Shown: positions 1 through 10,599 of the stretch, in pieces
How positions within the stretch are numbered: the stretch's first letter is position 1
Layout: each line of letters starts with the position of its first letter
DNA from: Octopus sinensis
Taxonomy: Eukaryota
Assembly (NCBI RefSeq): GCF_006345805.1
Contig: NC_043005.1
Span: forward strand, 23,126,001 to 23,190,000
Direction of reading: 5' to 3'
Length of the DNA: 64,000 nt
The notes under the pieces: model-generated
Seen by the model: the letters and a program-made list of their open reading frames with translations, nothing else
Databases searched by the model: none
Told to the model about the DNA's origin: nothing
Position numbers and translations under genes: made by a program

Positions 1-156
1 AGAAAGGAAAAAAAAACAGGTGGAGAACAGTCAGGGATTATGGTGTAAATATCACTTTTTTAAAAGCTAGAATGAATAGAATTCAATGGGAATCCTCTGA
101 AAAACAATCCAGGCGAAGATAATTAATATGAAGAAGAATACAAGATGAATGCCTAC

Positions 157-310
157 CTGTGGGATACCTGATGGAATATAAGTGCTAGGGGCTTGTTGTG
201 GTGCAGGTTGATGGGACATATAGAACACAGGATTTTCTTTCATTAAGTTGTGGTACATTTGTAAAGCATCCATCACTTTCATATTTAATTCTACCAAATT
301 AGCGTGTTTC
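157..310 (-). CDS. STAM: STAM exon 14 (154 nt), KHANLVELNMKVMDALQMYHNLMKENPVFYMSHQPAPQQAPSTYIPSGIPQ
   Basis: ttgacag|G AAA ... CAG|gtaggc; coiled-coil followed by the Pro/Gln-rich tail. Confidence 0.94.
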
Positions 311-616
311 CTGTCAACAGAAAAACAAAAGAGTTGAAATGTTTTCATTGTAAGGTTACAAAATGGCTGTAATCGTATGGAAGCCACATGGTTAAACAAA
401 TATACATTCACCACTCATACCGTCTGGGCTCTGAAAGGCCATGTCATATTTTATTTTGTCATAATTATTCATACTAATATGTAATTCCTGAAGAAGAATC
501 TAATTTTTATGTCAAGAAGAGCTTTTTGCTTTTGTTTCTGGAATTAATTAGACCTGAATTATGAATTAAAGATTATCAACAACTACAATTTTTTTCCTTT
601 CCTTATACTTCATTTA

Positions 617-647
<31 letters not shown>

Positions 648-1370
648 CAAATAGAATTTAGTGTGTAGAAATATATTGCAACTTAGTACAGATATGTAAG
701 TGTAGTTGCATGCATTTAAAAGAAACAAAAAAATATTAAATGCATGTAGCAGAAATTATTCAGTCATCCAAAGCAGAAGTGTTTTTATGTCTGCTTTTCA
801 TCCATGTAGTATGTACCATGGCATCACCTCATTCTGAGGTAGTCTCTACAGGATTTTTACTTCCATATATATATATGAACATCTGTTTTACCATGCTAGC
901 ATGGCTTGACCAAGAACTGATTTTAAAGCAGGATTTTATGGTTGGATGCTCTTCCTGTTGCCAAACTTCATCTTTTCAAGCAAGATCTTTTTTATTCCAC
1001 TGATCTTCGAAAGTGAAGAGTGACTGGTTGTAATGTTAACAAGGAAATACGAGCATCAACACAGTTTCATTCAAACCATGATAAGTTACCTGTTGACATT
1101 CACCCACACACAGCTTAGTATAGTTTCTATCAATCAAATTCTCTCACAAGATATTAGTCAGTCTGGAACAATAATAGAAGACATTTGCCTAAGGTGCTGC
1201 ACAGTAAGACTGAACTTGAAGCCACGTGGTTGCAAAGCAAACACCTTTACTTTGCCACAGAAACATGCCTCTGTGTGTGCATGTATGTGTGTACACATGT
1301 ACATACACACACACACACACACACACGCACAGGAAAGAGAAAGTAGCACTCAAGACATTTGGTTGGAGTT

Positions 1371-1509
1371 CATCATCATCGTTTAGCATCCGCTTTCCAT
1401 GCTAGCATGGGTTGGACGGTTCAACTGGGGTCTGGGAAGCCAGAAGGCTGCACCAGGCCCAGTTTGATCTGGCAATGTTTCTACAGCTGGATGCCCTTCC
1501 TAACGCCAA
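1371..1509 (-). mobile_element. RTE-type LINE 3' end (family A), short 5'-truncated copy
   Basis: (CAT)n tail then CCATGCTAGCATGGGTTGGACGG...GGATGCCCTTCCTAACGCCAA; reverse complement of 2057-2209. Confidence 0.85.
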
Positions 1510-1585
1510 ACATGTATTTAACTGTTTGACAACTCCATGAAATTTAAATTGTGTGCAGCTGAGTCAAACTGCTTTATATATATAT

Positions 1586-2209
1586 AGAAGACCCGGCAGG
1601 ACAAGTGAGTCCACAACCCGTGGCCTTCTACATGGGATGGAGCCAGCCTACGTATGCATACCTTCCCTTCTTGGGACACAAAACTCTACTTGTGAAGACG
1701 TGTTGAGGCAAGTGAGGATCAGAATCGAAATCGATCAATGGAAATTGCGGATGTGCTACCAGTGCCGGTGGCATGTCGAAACTCTGCTTGTGAAGACCCA
1801 TTGAGGCAAGTGAGGATCAGAATGGAAATCGATCAATGGAAATTGCAGATGTGTTACCAGTGCCGGTGGCATGTAAGAGAACTTTCCGTTTCGCGACCGT
1901 TGCCAGCACCGCCCTGTTTCGTGTCCGTTGCCAGCCTCGCCTGGCCCTCGTGCCGGTGGCACATAAAAAGCACCATCCGTTCGTGGCCGTTTGCCAGCTC
2001 TGTCTGGCACCAGTGCGGGTGGCACGTAAAAAGCACCCACTACACTCACGGAGTGGTTGGCGTTAGGAAGGGCATCCAGCCGTAGAAACACTGCCAGATT
2101 TGACTGGGCCTGATGAAGCCTTCTGGCTTCACAGACCCCAGTAGAACCGTCCAACCCATGCTAGCATGGAAAACGGACGCTAAATGATGATGATGATGAT
2201 GATGATGAT
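1586..2209 (+). mobile_element. RTE-type LINE 3' fragment (family A): last ORF2 codons plus modular 3'UTR plus (ATG)n tail
   Basis: Starts AAG ACC CGG CAG GAC AAG TGA (KTRQDK*), resembling the AVLEKT ORF end at ~15590; internal 98-bp duplication; sits in (AT)n. Confidence 0.8.
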
Positions 2210-2268
2210 ATATATATATATGTATAAATATATATTAATTGAAGCTGAAAAAAAATAATCTTGCTTAC

Positions 2269-2323
2269 TTGTCAATCCTTTCCAATTCAGCATCAATCAG
2301 TGGACCCATTATCTTACATTGTT
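2269..2323 (-). CDS. STAM: STAM exon 13 (55 nt), QCKIMGPLIDAELERID(K)
   Basis: tttgcag|AA CAA ... GAC AA|gtaagc; MGPLID motif. Confidence 0.95.
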
Positions 2324-3560
2324 CTGCAAAAAATACATCAACACAAATTATGTCTTATGTCACAGCTGATATTGTTTTATTACAATAATATCTTTCAACC
2401 TCCTCCATTCAATTATTGTTCTACATGTTGATGAGTTGGTGTAATGATACAAAAATAACCAAATGAAGAGAATGACTTGCAGAATGTTCAGTTTGACTAA
2501 ATAGAAGTCTTTGCGGTTGTTATATTTAATCAGTTGTGATAGCTAGAGTTGTTGTCTTGTCCCAGGTAAGCCAAATTCTAGCTGATTCATTATTGAAAGG
2601 ATTTCAATTTTGACCATGCTATCTTTTTCCTTCAGAGAATCAAAGAATCACATCAGGGTCTTGCAGGTACTATTGACAGAACATTAAAAAGAGTAATGGA
2701 AATCATTTTATATGAAAGAAAATCTAATTTGGAGCTTTCTAAACTTTTATTTTTACCATATTTCTCTATTGAAACACACTGCCTTTGTTTCCATTAATTT
2801 TGAAGATAATGAAAAATTTATATCACTTAAAACCAAGAAGTCTGTATCATAGAACTAGTGATATTCTCAAGTAGGTTGGTAGCAAAAGGGTTTCAATGAC
2901 AGGTATAACAGTCAACGTATTAATTTCCCTCATCATTTATGCAAAAATCATAATACTGATAATGATACATTTCTGCCCTCAAAGTCAAGAATTTAATCAT
3001 TGCTTTAATCATTGTCTGAGTAAGTCTATAGACTCTATCTCAGTCTACTTGGCTGGTAAATGCCTTTTTCATTTCCAGTTGAGTGATTACAAGCAGGAAA
3101 AGTGTTCACATTGTTAAAACAAGAGCTCTAGCACCCGTCAAATTTACAAAAAGTGACCCTTATTTCTCTCAGAATGCAAAACTGTACCAGCCATAATACT
3201 ACTTAATCTACTCTTTAGTAGAGTTACAGTAATCTCACACCATCCTACAGAGATAAAGAATCTAAGAATGCTTCAGTGTAAATATTGGTAATTAATATCT
3301 TTTAATTACTTTAAAAGTTGCTCTTTGTTTTAGCAAACTTTTCCTCTAGGTTGTGGCCAAACCATGTGTATGTATTCCTTACTGGGTCACCTGCCCCTCC
3401 TGCTCCACAATCAATTTCTCTAAAATTTACTATGATGCACTTTCTTGGTATCATGTACCATGGCATTAGTTTATCTTGAGATCCTTATTTCCATATTTAC
3501 ATTATACTACTAACATCTCTCTAACTTTATCAAAGCTTAGCTTCATGTTTTTATATATAC

Positions 3561-3790
3561 CATCATCATCCAGTGTTTTAAATCTGGGTTTCGTCCCCGT
3601 TAACAGGGGTGGCTAGATCTACCTCAATGCTATAGCAACTGCCCTCACATCATCTCGCCATGTTTTGGGTACCCTCCTTTTTCAAATCAACCCTCCTAAT
3701 CTCTTCCTCCACCTTTCCCTCAGTCTGCCTCACTTTCGTGTTCCATTTACCTCAAACGCAATCACCCACTTCAGAACATGCTCTTGAGTT
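3561..3790 (-). mobile_element. 3' end of a second RTE-like LINE family
   Basis: (CAT)n tail; minus-strand translation FEVNGTRK*GR...WRDDVRAVA resembles RTE ORF2 C-termini. Confidence 0.55.
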
Positions 3791-3796
3791 TTAAAA

Positions 3797-4780
3797 GTTG
3801 CCAGATCTTTTGTTCTACAAAGTTTGTAAGGAGCTAGTGACTGAAGATGGCAACATATCACTAGTATCAAAGCATAAAAAGCATTCTAAACACTCTGAAA
3901 TTATCAGAACATTTGAATTTATCCAGCAAGTTCAACAGACCATTGATTACAATCTCAGAAAGTCCATGAGATTAATTGCAAAAGATCTCCATGTGTCAGA
4001 AGGAACAGTCAGACATGTCCATGAAGACATCAGATATAAGCCTTATACGATGAGGAAAGGTCAATTTGTCAGAAAAAGCAAAAGAAAATCACTACATCTG
4101 ACCTAAAAGGCTCTTAAACAAACTAAAAAAAAATCAAGCAGCAGATTTGATTTGGTTTTTCTCAAACAAGAAAAACTTCGACCAAGATCAAAAAGTTAAC
4201 AGAAGAAATGACAGATGGTTATATGCAGACCCTTCCAAGTGTTATCCAGACAAAATTTCCTGCAAGTCATGGTTTTAAGGGTCGTCAGCAATAAAGGACA
4301 TGTGATGCCTCCTTACTTCTTTCCACAAGGCCCTAGAGTTAACTATCACCTACATTGAGGTCCTGGAAATAATTGTTAAGCCCTGGATAAACAGTGTATG
4401 CAATGGAAGGCCATATGTGTTTCAGTAAGACTCTGCACTATCACATATAGCTCTAGTAACACAGGAATAGATGGCTGAAAATTTTCATGATCATATAACC
4501 CCAAACATTTGACCTCCTAATTCAATGAACATGCCCATAACACCAAAGATTCTATGAAAGCCGCCATTTCAGAGTAATGTCCAAGATGAACCAGAACCAC
4601 TTGATTTGAGCATGTAGATGATTTAGATCTCATATAGAAGGGAAGGTAGCTTTATTGAATAACATTATAGAAAAGAAGGTTTATTTTTATCCTCATATTT
4701 TTATCCTTTTTATTAAATAAAGTTACTATATATCTGTTATTTTATAAACATAAATCTGCCCTCAAATATCTTATGCACAG
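3797..4780 (+). pseudogene. Decayed Tc1/mariner transposase (DD37D/maT-like)
   Basis: HTH-like RKSMRLIAKDLHVSEGTVRH, then FFS(N)KKNFDQDQKVNRRNDRW, VMPPYFFPQG, VKPWI...RPYVFQ*DSA.SH and *PPNS; stops and frameshifts; the PDLNPLD segment is deleted. Confidence 0.85.
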
Positions 4781-5484
4781 TGTGTATATGTGTGTGTGTG
4801 TGTGTGCTTTATATAATGTGTGGTTAGGTAGATATGTACATAATACATTATTTACTGTTAACATCTATCTACAGCTAACAAATCCAAACGTCCCTGCAAC
4901 TTAACATTATCAAGCAACACAGACTAACACCTATCATGTTACTAATTATTTGTAGTAATTTGTTGATTGATGGAATAAACAGCAAATCTCTTTTGTGGAA
5001 AAACCTAATCACACCAAGCAATCATACAAACTTTCTGCCTTTCAAGCACAGGAAACAAGTACCAATCTACAACCCACCACTAACAACTCAACACTTCCTG
5101 TTAGGCTAAAAACTTTAGGGCTGTCATCATAAACATTGGCACAATCGAGAGTGTTTCTGAGATGCAGAAGCAGAGATGAAAAATGGATTGTGGGAAGCCA
5201 CATCTACATTCCCCACAGGCAAATAAAAGAGATGAGATGAGTGGAGGAGGCAGAGAAATTAAAGTAACTGAATGTGCATGTATATAGTGCATTCATGTAC
5301 GGTGTGTGTGCATGTCCATGTGTGTAAATGAGTATTATATACAAGATCAGATACTAGTGATAAACTACGTTGGAGTCATTCTCTTCAGGTAGTTAAAGCT
5401 TTTGAAGGAAAGCATAAATTCCATAACATCTCGGTCACTATTTTCTGTTATTCTGAAGTTTACATAAAAAGCCTTTATTTTTAC

Positions 5485-5575
5485 CTTCAAGAGATAATAA
5501 CTCTGAAGAATCTGGTTGTGTTTCTCCTGTTGGATCAGCATTCTGTATCAGTGCCAATACTTGGTCAATCTTTGC
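5485..5575 (-). CDS. STAM: STAM exon 12 (91 nt), AKIDQVLALIQNADPTGETQPDSSELLSLE(E)
   Basis: actacag|GCA ... GAA G|gtaaaa; GAT-like region. Confidence 0.94.
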
Positions 5576-5898
5576 CTGTAGTAACATTGTTTAAGGAAAA
5601 ATAAAGGAAACAGAGATTTTTAAAGTTAATTATAACATTTAAACAGACATTTACATGAAGTACAATATAAAAAGCTTTGTAAGGTTTGTGCTGTGTCTAC
5701 TTCACAACACTGTTCAAGGACAAATAAATGAAAGAGAAATTTTAAAGTTAGACAATAACATTCAAACAGACAAAATGTTTCATAAGGTTTGTGTTGCATC
5801 TACTGCACAAGTACAATAACTGATTCTACATATAACAAAATTTCTGGCTCCAATTATAAACTACTCTTATATTCCTAAGAAAACCCATCAAGCTGAAC

Positions 5899-6147
5899 AA
5901 AATCGCAGTTGTGGCAGATACTGGTGTCATGCAAATTGGCACCCGTGCCAGTGCCATGCAAATGACACCCGTGCCAGTGCCATGCAAATGACACCCGTGC
6001 CAGTGGCACGTAAAAACACCCATCTTGGATTGGTTGGCGTTAGGAAGGGCATCCAGCTGTAAAAAACTATGACAAATCAGACTGGAGTCTGGCGCAGCCT
6101 TCCAGCATGCCAGCATGGACAATGGATGTTAAATGATGATGATGATG
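5899..6147 (+). mobile_element. Family A RTE 3' copy with an internal 26-bp minisatellite
   Basis: GGCGTTAGGAAGGGCATCCAGC core and (ATG)n tail; CATGCAAATGACACCCGTGCCAGTGC x3 at 5928-6006. Confidence 0.8.
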
Positions 6148-6171
6148 GTTATAGCAATATATATATATATA

Positions 6172-6447
6172 TCATCATCATTTAACGTCCGCTTTCCATG
6201 CTGGCATGGGTTTGATGGTTTGACTGAGGACTGGTGAGCCAGAGGCTGCACCAGGCTCAATCTGATATAGCAAAGTTTCTACAGCTGGATGCCCTTCCTA
6301 AGGCCAACCACTCCGAGAGTGTAATGGGTACTTTTTACATGCCACCAGCGGTTCTGGCAATGACCAAGCTCAAAAGGTGTTTTTACGTGCTACCTGCACG
6401 GGAGCCAGTCCGGTGACACTGGGAACAACCACGCTCGAATGTTGTGC
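6172..6447 (-). mobile_element. Family A RTE 3' copy
   Basis: (CAT)n then TTTAACGTCCGCTTTCCATGC...GGATGCCCTTCCTAA. Confidence 0.8.
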
Positions 6448-6536
6448 ATATATGTTTGTTGATTCTACAACTAATACATAGAGTACTTTTTTGAGCTATG
6501 GTTTATTCAATCCATAACAGAAATGGATAAGGAGTA

Positions 6537-6835
6537 TGGCACGTAAAAAGCACCATCCGATCGTGGCCGTTGCCAGCCTCACCTGGCCCCCCGGTGGCAC
6601 GTAAAAAGCACCATCCGTCCATGGCCGTTTGCCAGCTCCGTCTGGCACCTGTGCGGGTGGCACGTAAAAAGCACCCACTACACTCACGGAGTGGTTGGCG
6701 TTAGGAAGGGCATCCAGCTGTAGAAACACTGCCAGATGAGACTGGGCCGATGCAGCCTTCTGGCTTCACAGACCCCAGTTGAACCGTCCAACCTATGCTA
6801 GCATGGAAAGCGGACGCTAAATGATGATGATGATG
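6537..6835 (+). mobile_element. Family A RTE 3' copy (young)
   Basis: Three GGCACGTAAAAAGCACC modules, conserved 3' core and (ATG)n tail; CpGs retained. Confidence 0.85.
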
Positions 6836-6851
6836 AAACATGTATTTATTT

Positions 6852-7198
6852 AGGTGCAGGCTTGGATATGTGTTTAAGAAGTTTGCTCCACAGTTAAATG
6901 GTTTCAGATTCAGCCCTACAGTGCTGCATCTTGGGCAAGTGTCTTCTACAATAGGTTGACTAATACCTCGTGAGTGAATTTGGAAGATGTGAACTGTTCA
7001 AAGCATGCATACAATGTACACACAGGCACACACACAAACTGGCTTCCATTATAGTTTCTGGTCTACTAATTCCAATTACAAAGCATTAGTTCACCCAAGG
7101 TTTATGGTAGAAAACACTTGCTCAAAGTGCTGTGCATTGAGACTGAACCCAAAGACATGGTTATGAAGTGAACTTCTTAACCACATGACCATGCTTGC
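6852..7198. mobile_element. Two convergent tRNA-headed CORE-like SINE halves (family C) forming a degenerate palindrome
   Basis: + head with CATCTTGGGCAAGTGTCTTCTAC at left; reverse-complement head (ACACTTGCTCAAAG...CTGAACCC...TTCTTAACCAC) at right. Confidence 0.6.
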
Positions 7199-7218
7199 AC
7201 CAAGTATTATAATAATAA

Positions 7219-7656
7219 CAATCTTTTCTACTATAGAGACAAGGCCTGAAATTTGGCAGGAGGAGATTATTCAATTGCATCAACCCCAGTGTTTTACTGA
7301 TACTGAATTTATTAACCCCGAAATGATGAAAGTCGACCTTGGTGGAATTTGAACTCATAACATAGCAACAGGTGAAATATCACTAACCATTTCGTCCAGC
7401 ATGCTAATGATTCTACCAGCTTGCCACTTAATAATAATAATGGTCCTTTCTATTATAGGCACAAGGCCTGAAATTTTGGGCCAGGGGCAGTTGATTACAT
7501 TGACCCCAGTGCAAAACTGGTGCTTATTTTATCAACTCCGAAAGGATGAAAGGCTAAGTTGACCTCGGCGGAATTTGAACTAAGAACATTGCGACAGGCA
7601 AAATACTGCTAAGCATTTTGTCCAGCGTGCTAACAATTCTGCCAGCTTGCTGCCTT
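7219..7656 (-). mobile_element. Two tandem tRNA-derived SINEs (family B)
   Basis: Each has AGGCCTGAAATTT...ACCCCAGT...GAAAGGATGAAA...GACCT..GGAATTTGAAC...TTCTGCCAGCT; separated by (AAT)n. Confidence 0.85.
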
Positions 7657-8223
7657 TATGATAATAATATAAAGTGTGCATGTGTGTTTATATATTAAGC
7701 TCTATTCCAACTTCACTGCTAAGTGCTAGTTGTAGGAACAGCATCTATGTCTATAAAAAAACTAACTGTTCTGTCTTAAGTGAATGTAAAGAAAAAGGTA
7801 GTCATTGCCTAAAAGTAAGTGAAGTAGGGTATATAGATGTAAGTGTATAACCCAAATATAAAATAAAAGGTTTCGAAAGCTGGTGTATTTAACTCAACAA
7901 CTTGGAAAGAAAATACAGAAAAAAAAAGGATCAAGTATTTGGGTAAGTTTACAGAGATTAAAACAAAAGTATGGTTACACTAGATTCATTCTAATGCTGT
8001 TTGCCCTCAGAACAGTCTGATTAACAGACCTACAATCAAAGGTATTCTAACTGTGATCATCCCATCATTTTGTATATCAAGGGATTACATTGTCCAATGT
8101 GTCCTTCAATGGGAAAGTTTGGTTTGAGGAAATTTGGTTGTTATTTCTAACAGTTCGAGAGACTGTGCAAAGGTACCCTTATAAATCCATAGCTAATTCT
8201 AATTATTTCAAGAAATAGGATTT

Positions 8224-9043
8224 CATCATCATCATCATCATCGTCGTTTAACGTCCGTTCTCCATGCTAGCATGGGTTGGACGGTTCGACCGGGGTTCTG
8301 GGAAGCCAGAAGGCTGCACCAGGCTCCAGTCTAATCTGGCAATGTTTCTACAGCTGGATGTCCTTCCTAACGCCAACCACTCCGTGAGTGTAGTGGGTGC
8401 TTTTTACGTGCCACCTGCACAGGTGCCAGGCGGGGCTGGCAACGGCCACGGTCAGATTGGTGTATTTTATGTGCCACCGGCACGGAAGCCAGTCGAGGCG
8501 GTGCTGGCATCGGCCACGAGTCGGATAGTGCTTTTTACGTACCACCAGACCAGGGATCCTGGCTGGTTCAATTCGATTTCGATTTCGCTTGCCCCAACAT
8601 GTCTTCACAAGCAAAGGGGGTTTGCATGGGTGCCTGTCGTACAGTCGCATTGGAGTATTTTACGTGCCACGGCCACGAGTCGGATAGTGCTTTTTACGTA
8701 CCAGCAGACCAGGGATCCTGGCTGGTTCAATTTGATTTCGATTTCGCTTGCCCCAACATGTCTTCACAAGCAAAGGGGGTTGGCATGGGTGCCTGTCGTA
8801 CGGTCGCATTGGAGTATTTTACGTGCCACGGCCACGAGTCGGATAGCGCTTTTTACGTACCACCAGGCCAGGGATCCTGGCTGGTTCAATTCGGTTTCGA
8901 TTTCGATTTCGCTTGCCCCAACATGTCTTCGCAAGCATGGGGGGTTGGCATGGGTGTCTGTCGTCGGATGAGGTTCTATATTGACTTCGCTTGCCTCAAC
9001 CGGTCTTTGTGTCCAAGGGAGGAAAGGCATTCATAAGTGGGCT
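8224..9043 (-). mobile_element. Family A RTE 3' copy with a 159-bp tandem expansion
   Basis: (CAT)n tail and conserved core; GGCCACGAGTCGGATAG recurs at 8512, 8671 and 8830. Confidence 0.85.
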
Positions 9044-9275
9044 TATAAAACATTAATTTGATATTTTATTTTTAGGTCTATTCCATGACTAAATTATCAT
9101 TATTCATCCAGCTGACATTAGGAAGGGCGTCCATCTGTAGAAACCAAACCAAAGCTGACACTGGAGCTTGAGAAAGTCCTGTGGTTCGTTGGATGCAGTG
9201 AAACTATCCAACCCATGCCAACCCATGTTAAATGATGATGCTGATAATTTAGAGATAAAAAGAAAAGAAATTCAC

Positions 9276-9361
9276 CTCATCCACTTCTACTTCTTCCGGA
9301 AGAGTTTCCATAACTTTCACATCTACTTCTTCATTGAACTGAACACCTTTTTTCTCTTTCA
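9276..9361 (-). CDS. STAM: STAM exon 11 (86 nt), KEKKGVQFNEEVDVKVMETLPEEVEVDE
   Basis: tcttcag|TG AAA ... GAG|gtgaat; K.VQF motif after the SH3 domain. Confidence 0.92.
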
Positions 9362-9794
9362 CTGAAGATAAAAAAAGACAACACAAATATGAGACAAAAT
9401 ACTGTGATGTCAACCACCACATGTTAGTTCTAATGATACAGTTCTAAGCATGTTGATACCTTATATACGAATGTTATAGCATTGAATTGACGAAAGCCAG
9501 ATGGCCGAGTGGATAGTGCAAAGGACAACTGAGAAGTTAAGAGATTCTTAAAATGTCACTTGCATGATTTTGTGTCAAAGTATTTGATTCTCCATGACAG
9601 TCCACTGATGTACTATAGGGTGGTGTAACTCACCACAGTAAGTAGATACTACAAGATGATACAGTTCACCTAACTGTATTTTACTTTAAGAATTAAAATT
9701 GTAACTCTAAAAATTTGATAAAATAATCCAAAGCTTTTCCCACCATCCAAGCTACTGACATAGATAAAAGGGATAAATATATAAACAGACATAC

Positions 9795-9889
9795 TCTCTT
9801 CTGGTTCAGCTGTTAGATTAGAAGTAACAAAGTTGGCAGGAAACAGCCCCTCTCCTCTGTGACTGAAACCTTTCCACCAGTTTGGGTCC
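9795..9889 (-). CDS. STAM: STAM exon 10 (95 nt), SH3 second half [31 protein letters not shown](M)
   Basis: tttatag|G GAC ... GAG A|gtatgt; WWKG...GLFP.NFV. Confidence 0.97.
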
Positions 9890-10599
9890 CTATAAAAACA
9901 ACAAAACATAAGATATGTAAAACACAAACTCATAAATTTTAAATAACTTTTAACACAAAGCTACATAATTTGAACGAGGCAACAGTTGGTTAATCTCAGA
10001 ACTTGGGTTACTTAATTTTAGCGACCTCAAAAAGACAAAAAGTAAAGTTAATATCTGCAGAATTTGAACACATTTTGCATTTTATCTGCTGGTCTATCAT
10101 TTCTATTGGCTTTGCTGATTCTCTTATCAACAAGCATTTTAAGTCCATTTTCCTTGCTAAAGTAGGAGTTATCCTTTCAGGCCCTATGATAGTCTTCTCT
10201 ATTTTGTCCTATCCTCTACATCAACTGTCTTGCCCTAGTTACCCTCTTCTTCAGTTTTAGTCAGGCCTTCCCCTTCCTTTATATCCTTCCACATTAATTT
10301 CCGTCGTTCCTCTCACCCATTTGTATTCTTCTTTAACACATGACACAACTATCTCATCACATTTCTCTGCACAATATCCATTGTCAGTTCAATTTTTGTC
10401 ATTCTCTGCAATTCTGTCATAACAAAAACTGGCTGGCAGATGGTAGACTTGGCAGGATTGCTAGACAAAATCCCTTCCAGTATTTAGCTATATCCCTTTA
10501 TACTCTGAATTTAAATCATAGCTTATATAGCTTTGTCTCTCAAATGTTGTAGAGTTGATAAGAACCAGCCTCACATCCTTTACTTCAAAATAACATCTA

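Noticed and set aside
1553-2154. Overlapping ORFs of 60-132 aa
   Set aside because: By-products of the GC-rich family A repeat.
8264-9036. Long ORFs (235 aa, 145 aa, 100 aa) with internal repeats
   Set aside because: They lie wholly within an RTE 3'UTR; the open frames result from a GC-rich 159-bp (in-frame) tandem repeat and show no protein homology.
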